Shown here: in pieces, positions 39,765 through 48,811 of the stretch
Layout of the letters: each line of letters starts with the position of its first letter
Position numbering within the stretch: the stretch's first letter is position 1
Assembly: GCA_964629655.1 (NCBI GenBank)
Contig: CAZVQU010000001.1
Coordinates: 548,056 to 612,055 of the forward strand
Length of the DNA stretch: 64,000 bases
DNA from: an uncultured Planctomycetia bacterium
GTDB lineage: Bacteria > Omnitrophota > Gorgyraeia > Duberdicusellales > 4484-171
Direction of reading: 5' to 3'
Translations under genes and position numbers: made by a program
The notes under the pieces: model-generated
The model's input: only the letters and a program-made list of their open reading frames with translations
The model's database searches: none
Told to the model about the DNA's origin: nothing

Positions 39765-40214
39765 ATGGATGGATTTTGGGAAGGGATAACTAAGAATAAG
39801 GCTTTCTGGGCGATAACTTTCAGCGCTATAGCTGCACAGGGCCTAAAGATTGTCTTAGGGGTAATAAAGGAGAGAAGATTCAACTTTTATTGGCTTCTCG
39901 GTACAGGGGGAATGCCGTCTACCCATAGCGCTGCAGTAGTATCTTTGGTTGTCTGCATTAGCAAGGAGCTGGGTAGCTCTTCGCCTTTCTTTGCTCTAAG
40001 TATACTTTTTGCTTTGATTACTATGTTTGATGCTCAAACTTGGCGGCGTTCTATAGGATTCCAAGCCAAGATTCTTAATAAAATAATGGTGGACTTTCAG
40101 GAAGGGAAGAAAATCCGAGAAGACAGATTAAGAGAACTCGTCGGGCACACTCCGATAGAGGTTCTTATGGGCGCCTTTGTCGGTGTCGCTGTTACTTTTA
40201 TGTTTTACCGCTAG
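39765..40214 (+). CDS. divergent PAP2 family membrane protein (DUF212)
   Basis: 149 aa with the ...GGMPSTHSA... motif and 4 TM helices. Confidence 0.7.
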   Translation: MDGFWEGITKNKAFWAITFSAIAAQGLKIVLGVIKERRFNFYWLLGTGGMPSTHSAAVVSLVVCISKELGSSSPFFALSILFALITMFDAQTWRRSIGFQAKILNKIMVDFQEGKKIREDRLRELVGHTPIEVLMGAFVGVAVTFMFYR

Positions 40215-40227
40215 AAAAGGAGTTTTC

Positions 40228-41055
40228 ATGAAAAAAGTACATATAGGTATTATAGTCGGCGGAATTATTGCAGCAATTATACTAGCTTTGAGCCTATCGT
40301 CTGAGGGCGAAAAAGGCCAAGACGCTATCTCAAAGATTCCTTTGTTAGAAGATGCCGAGAGCGCCTACAGAGACGGGAGGCTTCTAGAGGCAAGGACTCT
40401 CTATGGGAGTGCAGTCGAGAATATTACCGATGTGAATAGGCTCAAGGAGGTCCGAGGAAAATTAGAAGAGCTAAATATTAAAATTATCCTTTCACCGGTT
40501 ATAGATGAGTGTAGTACCGAGTATATAGTTCGGTCTAGAGATGCTTTGGAAAAAATCGCCAGGAAGTTTGGTACCACAGTAAATCTTATAAAGAGATCAA
40601 ATAACCTACCTTCGGATACAATACGGCTAAGGCGAAGGCTTAAGGTAAATACCTGTAAGTTCTCTATAGTCGTAGACAAATCCCAAAATTCCCTTTTTTT
40701 AAAGAAAAAAGGCAGAGTCATCAAGACATACACTGTCTCTACCGGTAAAGATAATTCGACCCCTACAGGAACTTTCCATATTGATAGAAATAAGCTCATA
40801 AAACCTACTTGGTATAAGACCGGTGCGATTATCCCTCCAGATAGTCCAGATAATATTCTTGGCTCGAGGTGGATGGGTTTAGAAGGAGTTGACGATGGTG
40901 GGGTAGAGATAGAGGGCTATGGCATTCACGGGACAACTAAACCCAACGATCTAGGAAAGCAAATCACCTTGGGTTGTGTGAGAATGAAGAACGAAGACGT
41001 AGAAGTTTTGTTTGATATTGTTCCTGTTGGCACTGAAGTAATCATCATTGATTAA
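40228..41055 (+). CDS. L,D-transpeptidase with LysM domain
   Basis: Signal/TM, LysM (YIVRSRDALEKIARKFGTTVNLIKRSNNL), and a YkuD catalytic domain with HGT...LGCVRM. Confidence 0.8.
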   Translation: MKKVHIGIIVGGIIAAIILALSLSSEGEKGQDAISKIPLLEDAESAYRDGRLLEARTLYGSAVENITDVNRLKEVRGKLEELNIKIILSPVIDECSTEYIVRSRDALEKIARKFGTTVNLIKRSNNLPSDTIRLRRRLKVNTCKFSIVVDKSQNSLFLKKKGRVIKTYTVSTGKDNSTPTGTFHIDRNKLIKPTWYKTGAIIPPDSPDNILGSRWMGLEGVDDGGVEIEGYGIHGTTKPNDLGKQITLGCVRMKNEDVEVLFDIVPVGTEVIIID

Positions 41056-41074
41056 GTTTGGAGTGCAGTAGCTT

Positions 41075-42028
41075 ATGATGCAGAGTTGGGATTTTGAAAA
41101 ACCGATTATTGAGCTAGAGAGAAAGATAGAGGGGCTAAAAAAATTCTCTGAAGATAAAGCTGTAGATCTTTCTTCAGAGATTATCGATTTAACCGAGAAG
41201 CTAAAAAATCTTAAAGAAGAGATTTACTCTAAACTTTCTCCTTGGCAGAAAATTCAGATTTCTCGCCACCCCGAACGGCCGACCACTCTTGATTATATTA
41301 ATATGACAATGAAAGATTTTGTTCCCTTAGCCGGAGACCGCCTCTTCGGAGAGGATAAGGCACTTTTAACTGGCTTTGCAATGCTTGACCAAAGAAAGAT
41401 TGCTATTATCGGCCATCAGAAAGGGAAAGATACTAAAGAGAATATTGAAAGAAATTTCGGGTGTGCTCATCCCGAGGGCTATCGCAAAGCAATGCGAATA
41501 ATGCGTTTGGCCGAGCGGTTTAACATGCCAATTGTATGCCTTATCGATACCCCTGGCGCCTATCCGGGAGTCGGGGCTGAAGAGCGAGGACAAGCTCAGG
41601 CTATTGCTGAGAATATCAGAGATATGTTTTCTGTAAAGGTGCCGGTTTTGGTTACAGTTATTGGCGAGGGTGGTAGCGGAGGAGCCCTAGGCATTGGAGT
41701 GGGCGATAAGGTTTTAATCATGGAATATGCTTATTATTCAGTAATATCTCCTGAAGGGTGTGCAGCTATTTTGTGGAAAGATGCCTCTAAAAGAGAAGAG
41801 GCAGCAAAAGTTTTAAAACTAACTGCCCCTGATCTTCTTAAGATGGGCATAGTTGATGAGATTATTCCTGAGGCTGAAGGCGGTGCCCATAGAGGGGCCG
41901 AGCGTTCGGCACAGAATCTTAAAGAGGCGATAAATAAAAACTTAGATGAACTTTCTCATCTTTCCCTAGAGACGCTGCTGGATCAGAGATACCAGAGATA
42001 TAGGAAGATGGGAATTCTTAATGAATGA
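41075..42028 (+). CDS. accA: acetyl-CoA carboxylase carboxyltransferase subunit alpha
   Basis: 317 aa with LDFEKPI.ELE..I..L, SRHPERP, and carboxyltransferase motifs GGSGGAL. Confidence 0.9.
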   Translation: MMQSWDFEKPIIELERKIEGLKKFSEDKAVDLSSEIIDLTEKLKNLKEEIYSKLSPWQKIQISRHPERPTTLDYINMTMKDFVPLAGDRLFGEDKALLTGFAMLDQRKIAIIGHQKGKDTKENIERNFGCAHPEGYRKAMRIMRLAERFNMPIVCLIDTPGAYPGVGAEERGQAQAIAENIRDMFSVKVPVLVTVIGEGGSGGALGIGVGDKVLIMEYAYYSVISPEGCAAILWKDASKREEAAKVLKLTAPDLLKMGIVDEIIPEAEGGAHRGAERSAQNLKEAINKNLDELSHLSLETLLDQRYQRYRKMGILNE

Positions 42029-42546
42029 GTATGCAGAAGTTGGTAATTTTAGGGATTCTAAAAGAAGGACCTAAGCACGGCTACGAGATAAAAAAAATAA
42101 TCAAAAAAGAACTGGGCATCTTTGCTTCCCTAGAGAATAAATCAATTTACTATCCCTTAAAGATGATGAAGGAGGGAGGGTTGATAAAAAAGAGTACTTC
42201 TAGAGACCGCGGAAAAATAGAACGACACGTTTACTCTCTTACCCCCCGGGGGAACAAAGAATTTCTTAGGCTAGCCATGGCTGCTCTGCTCTCCCAGAAA
42301 CGTCCCTTTATTGATATAGATATTCCCCTATATTTCTTACCCCACCTAGAGGAGAAAAAAGTCTTTGCTCACCTGCGGGTAAAGAAGAGATTTTTAGAAA
42401 AGGTCAGAAAGTGGCTGACTAATAATCTTAAAAGAAAAGGTGAATTTTCTCCTCACCAAAAACTCCTTTTAAAACATCATCTCAACCTTTTAAATACCGA
42501 GGAAGGGTTTGTTGATGAGGTTATGAAAATAGTTAAGGATTACTAG
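42025..42546 (+). CDS. PadR-family transcriptional regulator
   Basis: LVILGILKEGPKHGYEIKKII...YYPLKMMKEGGLI, a winged-HTH PadR signature. Confidence 0.7.
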   Translation: MSMQKLVILGILKEGPKHGYEIKKIIKKELGIFASLENKSIYYPLKMMKEGGLIKKSTSRDRGKIERHVYSLTPRGNKEFLRLAMAALLSQKRPFIDIDIPLYFLPHLEEKKVFAHLRVKKRFLEKVRKWLTNNLKRKGEFSPHQKLLLKHHLNLLNTEEGFVDEVMKIVKDY

Positions 42547-42638
42547 GGCAGAATCAGTACTTTAAGGCTTTTGTGGAGTGTTGATTTAAGGGTTCAAAAG
42601 TGGTAATATTTAATTAGGGAGGAGAAATAACTAATATT

Positions 42639-43040
42639 ATGAGAAAAGCTTTGACTATACCGGAAGTGCTTGTTGCTACGATATTTTTAACGGTTGTGCT
42701 CAGCGGTATTTTAATGCTTTTTATAAATTGCATGTTTTTAAATGAAGCCAATCGTAATTCGACCGTAGCTATTACTCATGCCCAGTATATAATGGAGGAG
42801 ATACGAAGCGTACCCTTTACCTCAATACAGACGATGGCTGATAATGGGGATTGGGATTTAGATGCGACTGAGCTCGAGGCCTCCCCTTATGGCCTGAGCG
42901 TTTTAGATGTTGAAGCAATAGACACAACGGTTACAGCTGTAGGTGATCTTCTCGAGGCGACAGTAGCCGTGAGTTGGCAAGACCGGCGAGGAAGAACCAG
43001 GAGTGATCAACTAACAACCCGAATGGCAGACTATCGATAG
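42639..43040 (+). CDS. pilin-like protein with atypical N-terminus (possible minor pilin)
   Basis: N-terminal KALTIPEVLVATIFLTVVLSGILM resembles a prepilin hydrophobic helix with Glu at +5 but lacks the GF motif. Confidence 0.35.
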   Translation: MRKALTIPEVLVATIFLTVVLSGILMLFINCMFLNEANRNSTVAITHAQYIMEEIRSVPFTSIQTMADNGDWDLDATELEASPYGLSVLDVEAIDTTVTAVGDLLEATVAVSWQDRRGRTRSDQLTTRMADYR

Positions 43041-43049
43041 GAGAAAACA

Positions 43050-43598
43050 TTGGAGAAGCACAAAAGTTATTATGGCAGCAGAAAGGGATTTACCATAATT
43101 GAGATAATGATAACCTTGGCTATTTTTTCGATTGTAATTGCCGCTATACACCAGGTGTTTGTTGCCGGTGAGAAGGTTTGGGATAATGATTTGAGCATGT
43201 TAGATATGCAACAGTCAACCCGTCGCGGGCTTTATTCAATAACAAGGGAGGCCAGAGCAGGCAGCCTTGCTAGCATGAGTGTGGCCGGTGGCTGTGACCA
43301 TATTGCATCTCCAGAGAATTGTACTCAGGTTACTCTTGATACTCCGGCTGAGAACAATATTTTATTCTTTCACGATAACTCTACTAACCAGGTTATTCGC
43401 CAAGATTCATTAGGCGTTCAAAGAATTTTAGCTAGTGATATTACTGATGCCTATTTTTGTTGTGCCCATGGCGATGGTGACTGCAGCTGTAATGCGACTT
43501 ATGATACTTTAGAAGTTCGGCTCCAGGCCGAGAAGGATACTCTAGGACGAACCTTGGATTTTTCTTTAAGGGCAAAAATAAAGGTAAGAAATGATTAA
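43050..43598 (+). CDS. prepilin-type N-terminal cleavage/methylation domain protein (minor pilin, PilW/GspJ-like)
   Basis: KGFTIIEIMITLAIFSIVIAA is the canonical G|FTxxE class III signal. Confidence 0.7.
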   Translation: MEKHKSYYGSRKGFTIIEIMITLAIFSIVIAAIHQVFVAGEKVWDNDLSMLDMQQSTRRGLYSITREARAGSLASMSVAGGCDHIASPENCTQVTLDTPAENNILFFHDNSTNQVIRQDSLGVQRILASDITDAYFCCAHGDGDCSCNATYDTLEVRLQAEKDTLGRTLDFSLRAKIKVRND

Positions 43599-44718
43599 AA
43601 AACGGAAGGCAGTAGCTTTAATAACAGCATGTATTGTAACCGTATTTCTTAGCACAATCGGGATTGCCTTTACTTTCCGCAGTATCCAGGAACGTAATTT
43701 AGCCTCTAGATATGTTGACTCTGTAAAAGCTTTTTGGTTGGCTGAGGCAGCAGCAGCTAAAGGCTATAGTGAGTTAATGAGTAATCCTGCTTATAATGGT
43801 GAGGATTGGACACCACTGGCAGGCGGTAACTACAGAATTATAAGAGGCGTTTCATCTGGGGGTGTTGAGGTCAGAGCCGAGGCCATATCAGGCTCAGCTA
43901 CTCAGGCTTTAAGCTTTACCCTTGCTTTTATCCCTTATCCGTTTGAAAATACTATGTCTGCCGGAGATAGTATTACTTTAGATGGATTTCTCGGCAGCAT
44001 AAGTGTTTTCGGCAAGACCCGGCTCTCAGGAGCATTTTCCAAATCGGGGTTTATTACATCAGCCTGGTTTGAAGATAAAGTAGAAGGTGTAGACCCAGGT
44101 TATACATCTATGCCAGTCTCTGACTATAGCGGTAACGGAACAGCCGATGAATTTAGCGATTTTGTTATTATGGGTCAGGAGGTAGTTGCTGATTATCCGC
44201 CTGAGGAAGTAGTTTATCTGCAGACAAACGGAACCGTAAACATCTTTCCTGATTCGGCCCTAATTGGCAAGAAGGTGATTTTCATTGAAGGCGAGAGTCC
44301 CGGCCAAGGCAGTGCAAACATTTTTTTTGATGCTACCTGGCAAGACCAGGAAGATCTAACAATTATTTCTACCGGTGAGGTTACTTACGTTCAACCCTTA
44401 CAGTTCCAGGAAGATGCCCGTTTGAGCACTGTTTCCTGGGGTGATTTTAGCGAAGTGTCAATTTTCCAAAATGCTCACGAGAGTGTAATCTATACCCACG
44501 ATGATGCCCATTACATGGATATTCTGGATTGGGGCTCTACCACTGGTAATATTATTGCCCAAGATGATATAAGTATATTAGAGGTGATAACTAACGAGAA
44601 GTTTTACTATTCAGACCGCGCCTTTAACGGGGATTTACCGCCGGGTTTTGGCCGTTTGGGTTCAGCGTCAGGTATTTTATCTGACCAAGCAGTAGATTGG
44701 CAGGAGAGATATGATTAG
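43591..44718 (+). CDS. PilX-like type IV pilus assembly protein
   Basis: N-terminal TM plus ...RSIQERNLASRYVDSVKAFWLAEAAAAKG... resembling the PilX N-terminal domain. It lies in the minor-pilin operon. Confidence 0.45.
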   Translation: MIKKRKAVALITACIVTVFLSTIGIAFTFRSIQERNLASRYVDSVKAFWLAEAAAAKGYSELMSNPAYNGEDWTPLAGGNYRIIRGVSSGGVEVRAEAISGSATQALSFTLAFIPYPFENTMSAGDSITLDGFLGSISVFGKTRLSGAFSKSGFITSAWFEDKVEGVDPGYTSMPVSDYSGNGTADEFSDFVIMGQEVVADYPPEEVVYLQTNGTVNIFPDSALIGKKVIFIEGESPGQGSANIFFDATWQDQEDLTIISTGEVTYVQPLQFQEDARLSTVSWGDFSEVSIFQNAHESVIYTHDDAHYMDILDWGSTTGNIIAQDDISILEVITNEKFYYSDRAFNGDLPPGFGRLGSASGILSDQAVDWQERYD

Positions 44719-45184
44719 GAGAAAAGTTGTAGTAGGCATTTTATTATCTTGTTTGGCCATTGGTCTATTTTTATCCCTAAGTAAAGTCAAAGAAGAAGAA
44801 GAGGTTACCCTTAAAGTAAAGACAGAGAAAGAAGAAATAAAGGCAAAAAGGATTCGCCGCGAATTGGTTCCTGATAATCCCGAAGATTACGGCATGATTG
44901 TCTTTGAGCAGAGGGAAGAACCAGTGACCCAGGGGGAGTGGGATGAGTTGTTGGGAGAGAAGGTAAAAAAACTTAAGTCTAAGTCTTCTCTTGACACCTG
45001 GGATAAGCTAGAGAAAGCGGTAAAAGAAAAACCTCAAAAGACCAAGGAAAAAATCAAGGATCTTGACAAAAGACTTAAAGAGGCAGAGGCTGTTTTGAGA
45101 AAAGAGCCAAATAACCAAGAGACACAGAAGAGAATTAAGCGTCTGAGGATGCTTAGGGCTATTTCTCGAAGCCTTGTCCCTTAA
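44711..45184 (+). CDS. Lys/Glu-rich coiled-coil protein with N-terminal TM
   Basis: 157-aa low-complexity KE-rich ORF in the pilus operon. Confidence 0.35.
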   Translation: MIRRKVVVGILLSCLAIGLFLSLSKVKEEEEVTLKVKTEKEEIKAKRIRRELVPDNPEDYGMIVFEQREEPVTQGEWDELLGEKVKKLKSKSSLDTWDKLEKAVKEKPQKTKEKIKDLDKRLKEAEAVLRKEPNNQETQKRIKRLRMLRAISRSLVP

Positions 45185-45313
45185 TTTTTCCCAAGTAGAC
45201 AGACCCCGATACGCTTCCCCCCAATGCCTTAATAGTGGCTAATTGACAGAGATTATAAAAAGTGATAATATTTACACTAAGAAGAAAAGTCTAAATTAAT
45301 AAAGGAGGCAAAG

Positions 45314-46624
45314 GTGAAAGAGAAATTTTCTTTATCTAATTTGAGCTTAAAGAGAAAGGTATGTATTGCCATAGCTCTAGTATCTCTATTGCCGGTAATC
45401 GTCCTTTTTTACCATTTTTCCGGGTATTATGTCTCTTTTTGGACCACTTTAATCCTAGCTGTAGTAGTAATTTTAGGGTGGTGGGTCGTATTTGAAGTTT
45501 TTTCATCTATTATCAAAATCTATACCCGTTCCCGAAATACCCTTGAAGACATAGGGGAAAGCGTTCCGGCTATCCCTGATGAAGTCCAAAGCTTAGAGAA
45601 GATGATTGGTCTTCTTTCCGATAAGGTAAAGAGCGGTTTTGAACAGCTAAGGGATTTTACCCGGATGACCGAGGATTTGAACAAGGAAGTCTCGCGAACA
45701 GTACTTATTTTATCTACTATTCTTCAAGCTAACGATTTATTCTCCAAAGAGGCCCCGGCAGAATCAGTAATTAAGCTAATTATTAACCATCTCAAGCATC
45801 TAATCCGGGCCGAAACCTGTTTTTGCGGCTTAGAAGATAGGGCAAAGGGTAGATTCGCAACAGTAGCCCGAGCAGGCATAGATTCTTTAAGGATCGATAG
45901 CTTTTTTAGAAAGAAAGACAAGGCACTTTCCCATCTTAAGGATATGATCGTGGTCGACAGACGTAATAAGCCAAAAGGTTATTCTTCCTGGATCCAGGAG
46001 TTAGAAGTAAAGAATATTGCTATTGCTCCAGTTAGCACCAAAGGGCGGATTATAGGTTTAATCGGGGTTGGCAATAACGAAGATGATTTCGCATTCAGCA
46101 AGGATGATTTAGAAATCCTAGGCCTGTTTGCCCAAAACGTTACTCTTATCTGGCAACACGAGAGGCTTTCAGAGAAGATCGAAGAGTTAGAGATTGTTGA
46201 CAGCTTAACCGGTCTTTATAACGAGAAATTGATAAAGACAAGATTAAGTGAAGAGATCAAAAGGTCTACTACTTACCAGAGACCTTGTGGGTTTATTGAG
46301 GTAGAGATAGTAAACTACGATGATTTTCGCAAGAAACGCGGGATGATTGAAGCTGAAAAAGTTCTCAAGAAAATGGCTAAGGCTTTTAAAGGGGCCTTAA
46401 GGCCTGTTGATATTGCTGGTAGAACCGGACCGAGTAAGTTAGGGGCTATTCTTATCGAGAGTAACAAAAGACAATCCCAGGAGATTGGCGAAAACCTAAA
46501 AAAGAGCCTGATTGAGGTTTGCGGGCCAGAGGTCAAACTAAAATTTTCTGTGGCAGCAAGCCCGATACATGGAGTTACTGCCCAAGAACTTATGTCATTC
46601 ATTCAAAAATCCAATAATACATAA
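45314..46624 (+). CDS. membrane-anchored sensor with GAF domain and degenerate GGDEF-like domain
   Basis: 2 TM helices. The GGDEF-domain start VDSLTGLYNE is present but the active-site position reads AGRTGPSKLGAIL instead of GG(D/E)EF, so it is likely catalytically inactive. Confidence 0.55.
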   Translation: MKEKFSLSNLSLKRKVCIAIALVSLLPVIVLFYHFSGYYVSFWTTLILAVVVILGWWVVFEVFSSIIKIYTRSRNTLEDIGESVPAIPDEVQSLEKMIGLLSDKVKSGFEQLRDFTRMTEDLNKEVSRTVLILSTILQANDLFSKEAPAESVIKLIINHLKHLIRAETCFCGLEDRAKGRFATVARAGIDSLRIDSFFRKKDKALSHLKDMIVVDRRNKPKGYSSWIQELEVKNIAIAPVSTKGRIIGLIGVGNNEDDFAFSKDDLEILGLFAQNVTLIWQHERLSEKIEELEIVDSLTGLYNEKLIKTRLSEEIKRSTTYQRPCGFIEVEIVNYDDFRKKRGMIEAEKVLKKMAKAFKGALRPVDIAGRTGPSKLGAILIESNKRQSQEIGENLKKSLIEVCGPEVKLKFSVAASPIHGVTAQELMSFIQKSNNT

Positions 46625-46630
46625 GAAATT

Positions 46631-47077
46631 ATGGCAAAATTTCACAAACAAATTGATAAGCCTTTGGGGCAAATTTTAGTAGAGAGGGGTGTTATAAACA
46701 ATGCCCAACTTCAGCAGGCTATAGAAGCGCAAAAACATGGCGGAGGGCTTATCGGAGAGATAATTGTAGAATTAGGGTTTGCAAAAGAAGAGGATATTGC
46801 TTATTGTCTGTCATTGCAATTCGGTTACCCCTACCTTTCTTTAGAGAATTATGAGATATCCCCGGATGTTATAAAAATTATTTCTAAAAATGTTGCCACG
46901 CATTATTGTTTAGTACCTATAGATAAAATAGGAAATACTCTTACAGTTGCCATGGCTAACCCTCTGAATATCCAGGCTATAGAGGATTTAGAGGATGTAA
47001 CCCAGTGTGATATTCAAATATTTGTAAGTACTCCTTCGGACATACGAAGTAGTATAAAACGATTTTCCGGCAAGTAA
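46631..47077 (+). CDS. standalone T2SSE_N / MshEN-like domain protein (candidate c-di-GMP receptor)
   Basis: 148 aa with PLGQILVERGVINNAQLQQAIEAQ, matching the 24-residue MshEN c-di-GMP-binding motif RLGxxLVxxGxIxxxQLxxALxxQ. It also has GspE-N-type ...LVPIDKIGNTLTVAMANPLN. Confidence 0.6.
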   Translation: MAKFHKQIDKPLGQILVERGVINNAQLQQAIEAQKHGGGLIGEIIVELGFAKEEDIAYCLSLQFGYPYLSLENYEISPDVIKIISKNVATHYCLVPIDKIGNTLTVAMANPLNIQAIEDLEDVTQCDIQIFVSTPSDIRSSIKRFSGK

Positions 47078-47105
47078 GACTAACCCCCGAGCTTGGTTAA
47101 GACTT

Positions 47106-48806
47106 ATGAAAAGAAAGAAGTTTGCAGATTATTTGGTAGAACAAAAAGCGCTCAGCCAGGAAGATTTGGATAAAGTCTTAGAGATCCACAAAAAAAAGGA
47201 TGGTTCATTAGTCGAGCTGCTTGTAAAATTGGGCTACCTAAAAGAAGCCCAGCTTGTAGACATTCTATCTGGCTATCTTTCAATCCCACCAATCAGAGTC
47301 CTTAACTTAAATATCCCCAAGAATGTTTTAGGCCTGGTCCCGGAAAGAATGGCCCGGGATTATCAGGTTTTACCAATAGGAAAAATTGGTAATACCCTTA
47401 CTCTGGCTATGGGTGACCCGTTAAATGTTTTAATTATTGATGATATAAAAAATATTACTAAGTGTGAGATAAATCCGATCATAGCTCCGCTTTCTGAGAT
47501 CAGAGAAGCTATCTCTAATTACTATGTCCAAACTACAGAGTCTATTGAGGAGATAATAGAGGGTCAGGATGCTGAGGCTTTAAAGTATATACAAGACGGT
47601 AAAAAAGGAGTTACTCAAGAGGAAATCATCCACTCGATAGAAGAAGCGCCGATATTAAAGTTTACAAATCATTTTCTTAAGGTGGCGGTTGAGGAGAAGA
47701 CATCAGACATATTGATAGAACCCTTAGAGAGTACTAGCAGAATTAGGTTGCGCGTAGACGGTATTTTAAGAGAGGCAGAGACCTTCTCTAAGAAAATTCA
47801 CCCTTTCATAATATCAAGGATAAAGGTAATGTGTAACCTTAATATCTCTGAGCATAGGTTGCCCCAGGAAGGAAGATTCCGAGGAAAGATTTTGGATAAA
47901 AATGTAGATTTTAGAGTATCAATTCTGCCTTCTAGCATGGGCGAGAAGGCTGCAATCAGAGTTTTAGACAAAACCACAGCCCTTCTAAACTTAGACCTTT
48001 TAGGATTCGAGGAAGATGTTTTAAAGAGGATAAAAGAAGATAGCTTAAAAGCTCACGGCATGATTTTAGCTTGCGGGCCGACCGGAGCTGGCAAAACTAC
48101 AAGTTTATATTCGGTAATAAATCATATTTTTAGCCCTGAGAAGAATATCGTTACCGTAGAAGATCCGATAGAGTATCAATTAAAAGGAATTAATCAAGTA
48201 AGCATAAAGCCGTCTATAGATTTGACTTTTGCGACTACCTTACGTTCTATATTGCGGCAGGATCCCGATATAATAATGGTTGGTGAGATCAGAGACGGTG
48301 ATACTGCTGATATGGCTATAAAGTCTGCGTTAACCGGGCACCTAGTCTTGTCTACACTTCATACCACAACCAGCGCCGGTTCAATTACACGGCTTATCAA
48401 TATGGGGGTAGAGCCATTCTTGCTTTCCTCTACTCTCGTCGGAGTCCTTACGCAAAGATTAGTAAGGAAACTCTGTCCTAAGTGCAAGGAGAAGACTGAG
48501 ATGCCTAGTAGCATAAGGGAGAAGTATCTAATTAGCAAAGAGGCTGAGGTTTACAAGGCTAAAGGGTGTAATTCCTGCCAAAAGAGGGGTTATAAAGGAA
48601 GAGTGTCTTTATGTGAATACTTACAGGTTTTACCTAAGATGAGGAAACTAATAAGTATTTCAGCCTCAGAGAGTGTGATAAAAAAAGGAGCCCGAGAGGC
48701 TGGAATGCATACCCTAAGGGAAGACGGAATAATTAAATTAGAAAAAGGAATAACTACCCTAGAAGAAGTATTGAAAACCACAAGTGCTGACGAGCAGATG
48801 AAATAA
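47106..48806 (+). CDS. pilB: type IV pilus assembly ATPase PilB/MshE (paralogue 1)
   Basis: 566 aa with an N-terminal T2SSE_N domain, Walker A GPTGAGKTT, Asp/His boxes and tetracysteine CPKC...CNSC. Confidence 0.9.
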   Translation: MKRKKFADYLVEQKALSQEDLDKVLEIHKKKDGSLVELLVKLGYLKEAQLVDILSGYLSIPPIRVLNLNIPKNVLGLVPERMARDYQVLPIGKIGNTLTLAMGDPLNVLIIDDIKNITKCEINPIIAPLSEIREAISNYYVQTTESIEEIIEGQDAEALKYIQDGKKGVTQEEIIHSIEEAPILKFTNHFLKVAVEEKTSDILIEPLESTSRIRLRVDGILREAETFSKKIHPFIISRIKVMCNLNISEHRLPQEGRFRGKILDKNVDFRVSILPSSMGEKAAIRVLDKTTALLNLDLLGFEEDVLKRIKEDSLKAHGMILACGPTGAGKTTSLYSVINHIFSPEKNIVTVEDPIEYQLKGINQVSIKPSIDLTFATTLRSILRQDPDIIMVGEIRDGDTADMAIKSALTGHLVLSTLHTTTSAGSITRLINMGVEPFLLSSTLVGVLTQRLVRKLCPKCKEKTEMPSSIREKYLISKEAEVYKAKGCNSCQKRGYKGRVSLCEYLQVLPKMRKLISISASESVIKKGAREAGMHTLREDGIIKLEKGITTLEEVLKTTSADEQMK

Positions 48807-48811
48807 TAATC

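Noticed and set aside
44711-45184. Possible tandem repeat in the Lys/Glu-rich ORF
   Set aside because: It is low-complexity charged composition (KEEE/KxK) rather than a true nucleotide tandem repeat. It is retained only as a low-confidence CDS.
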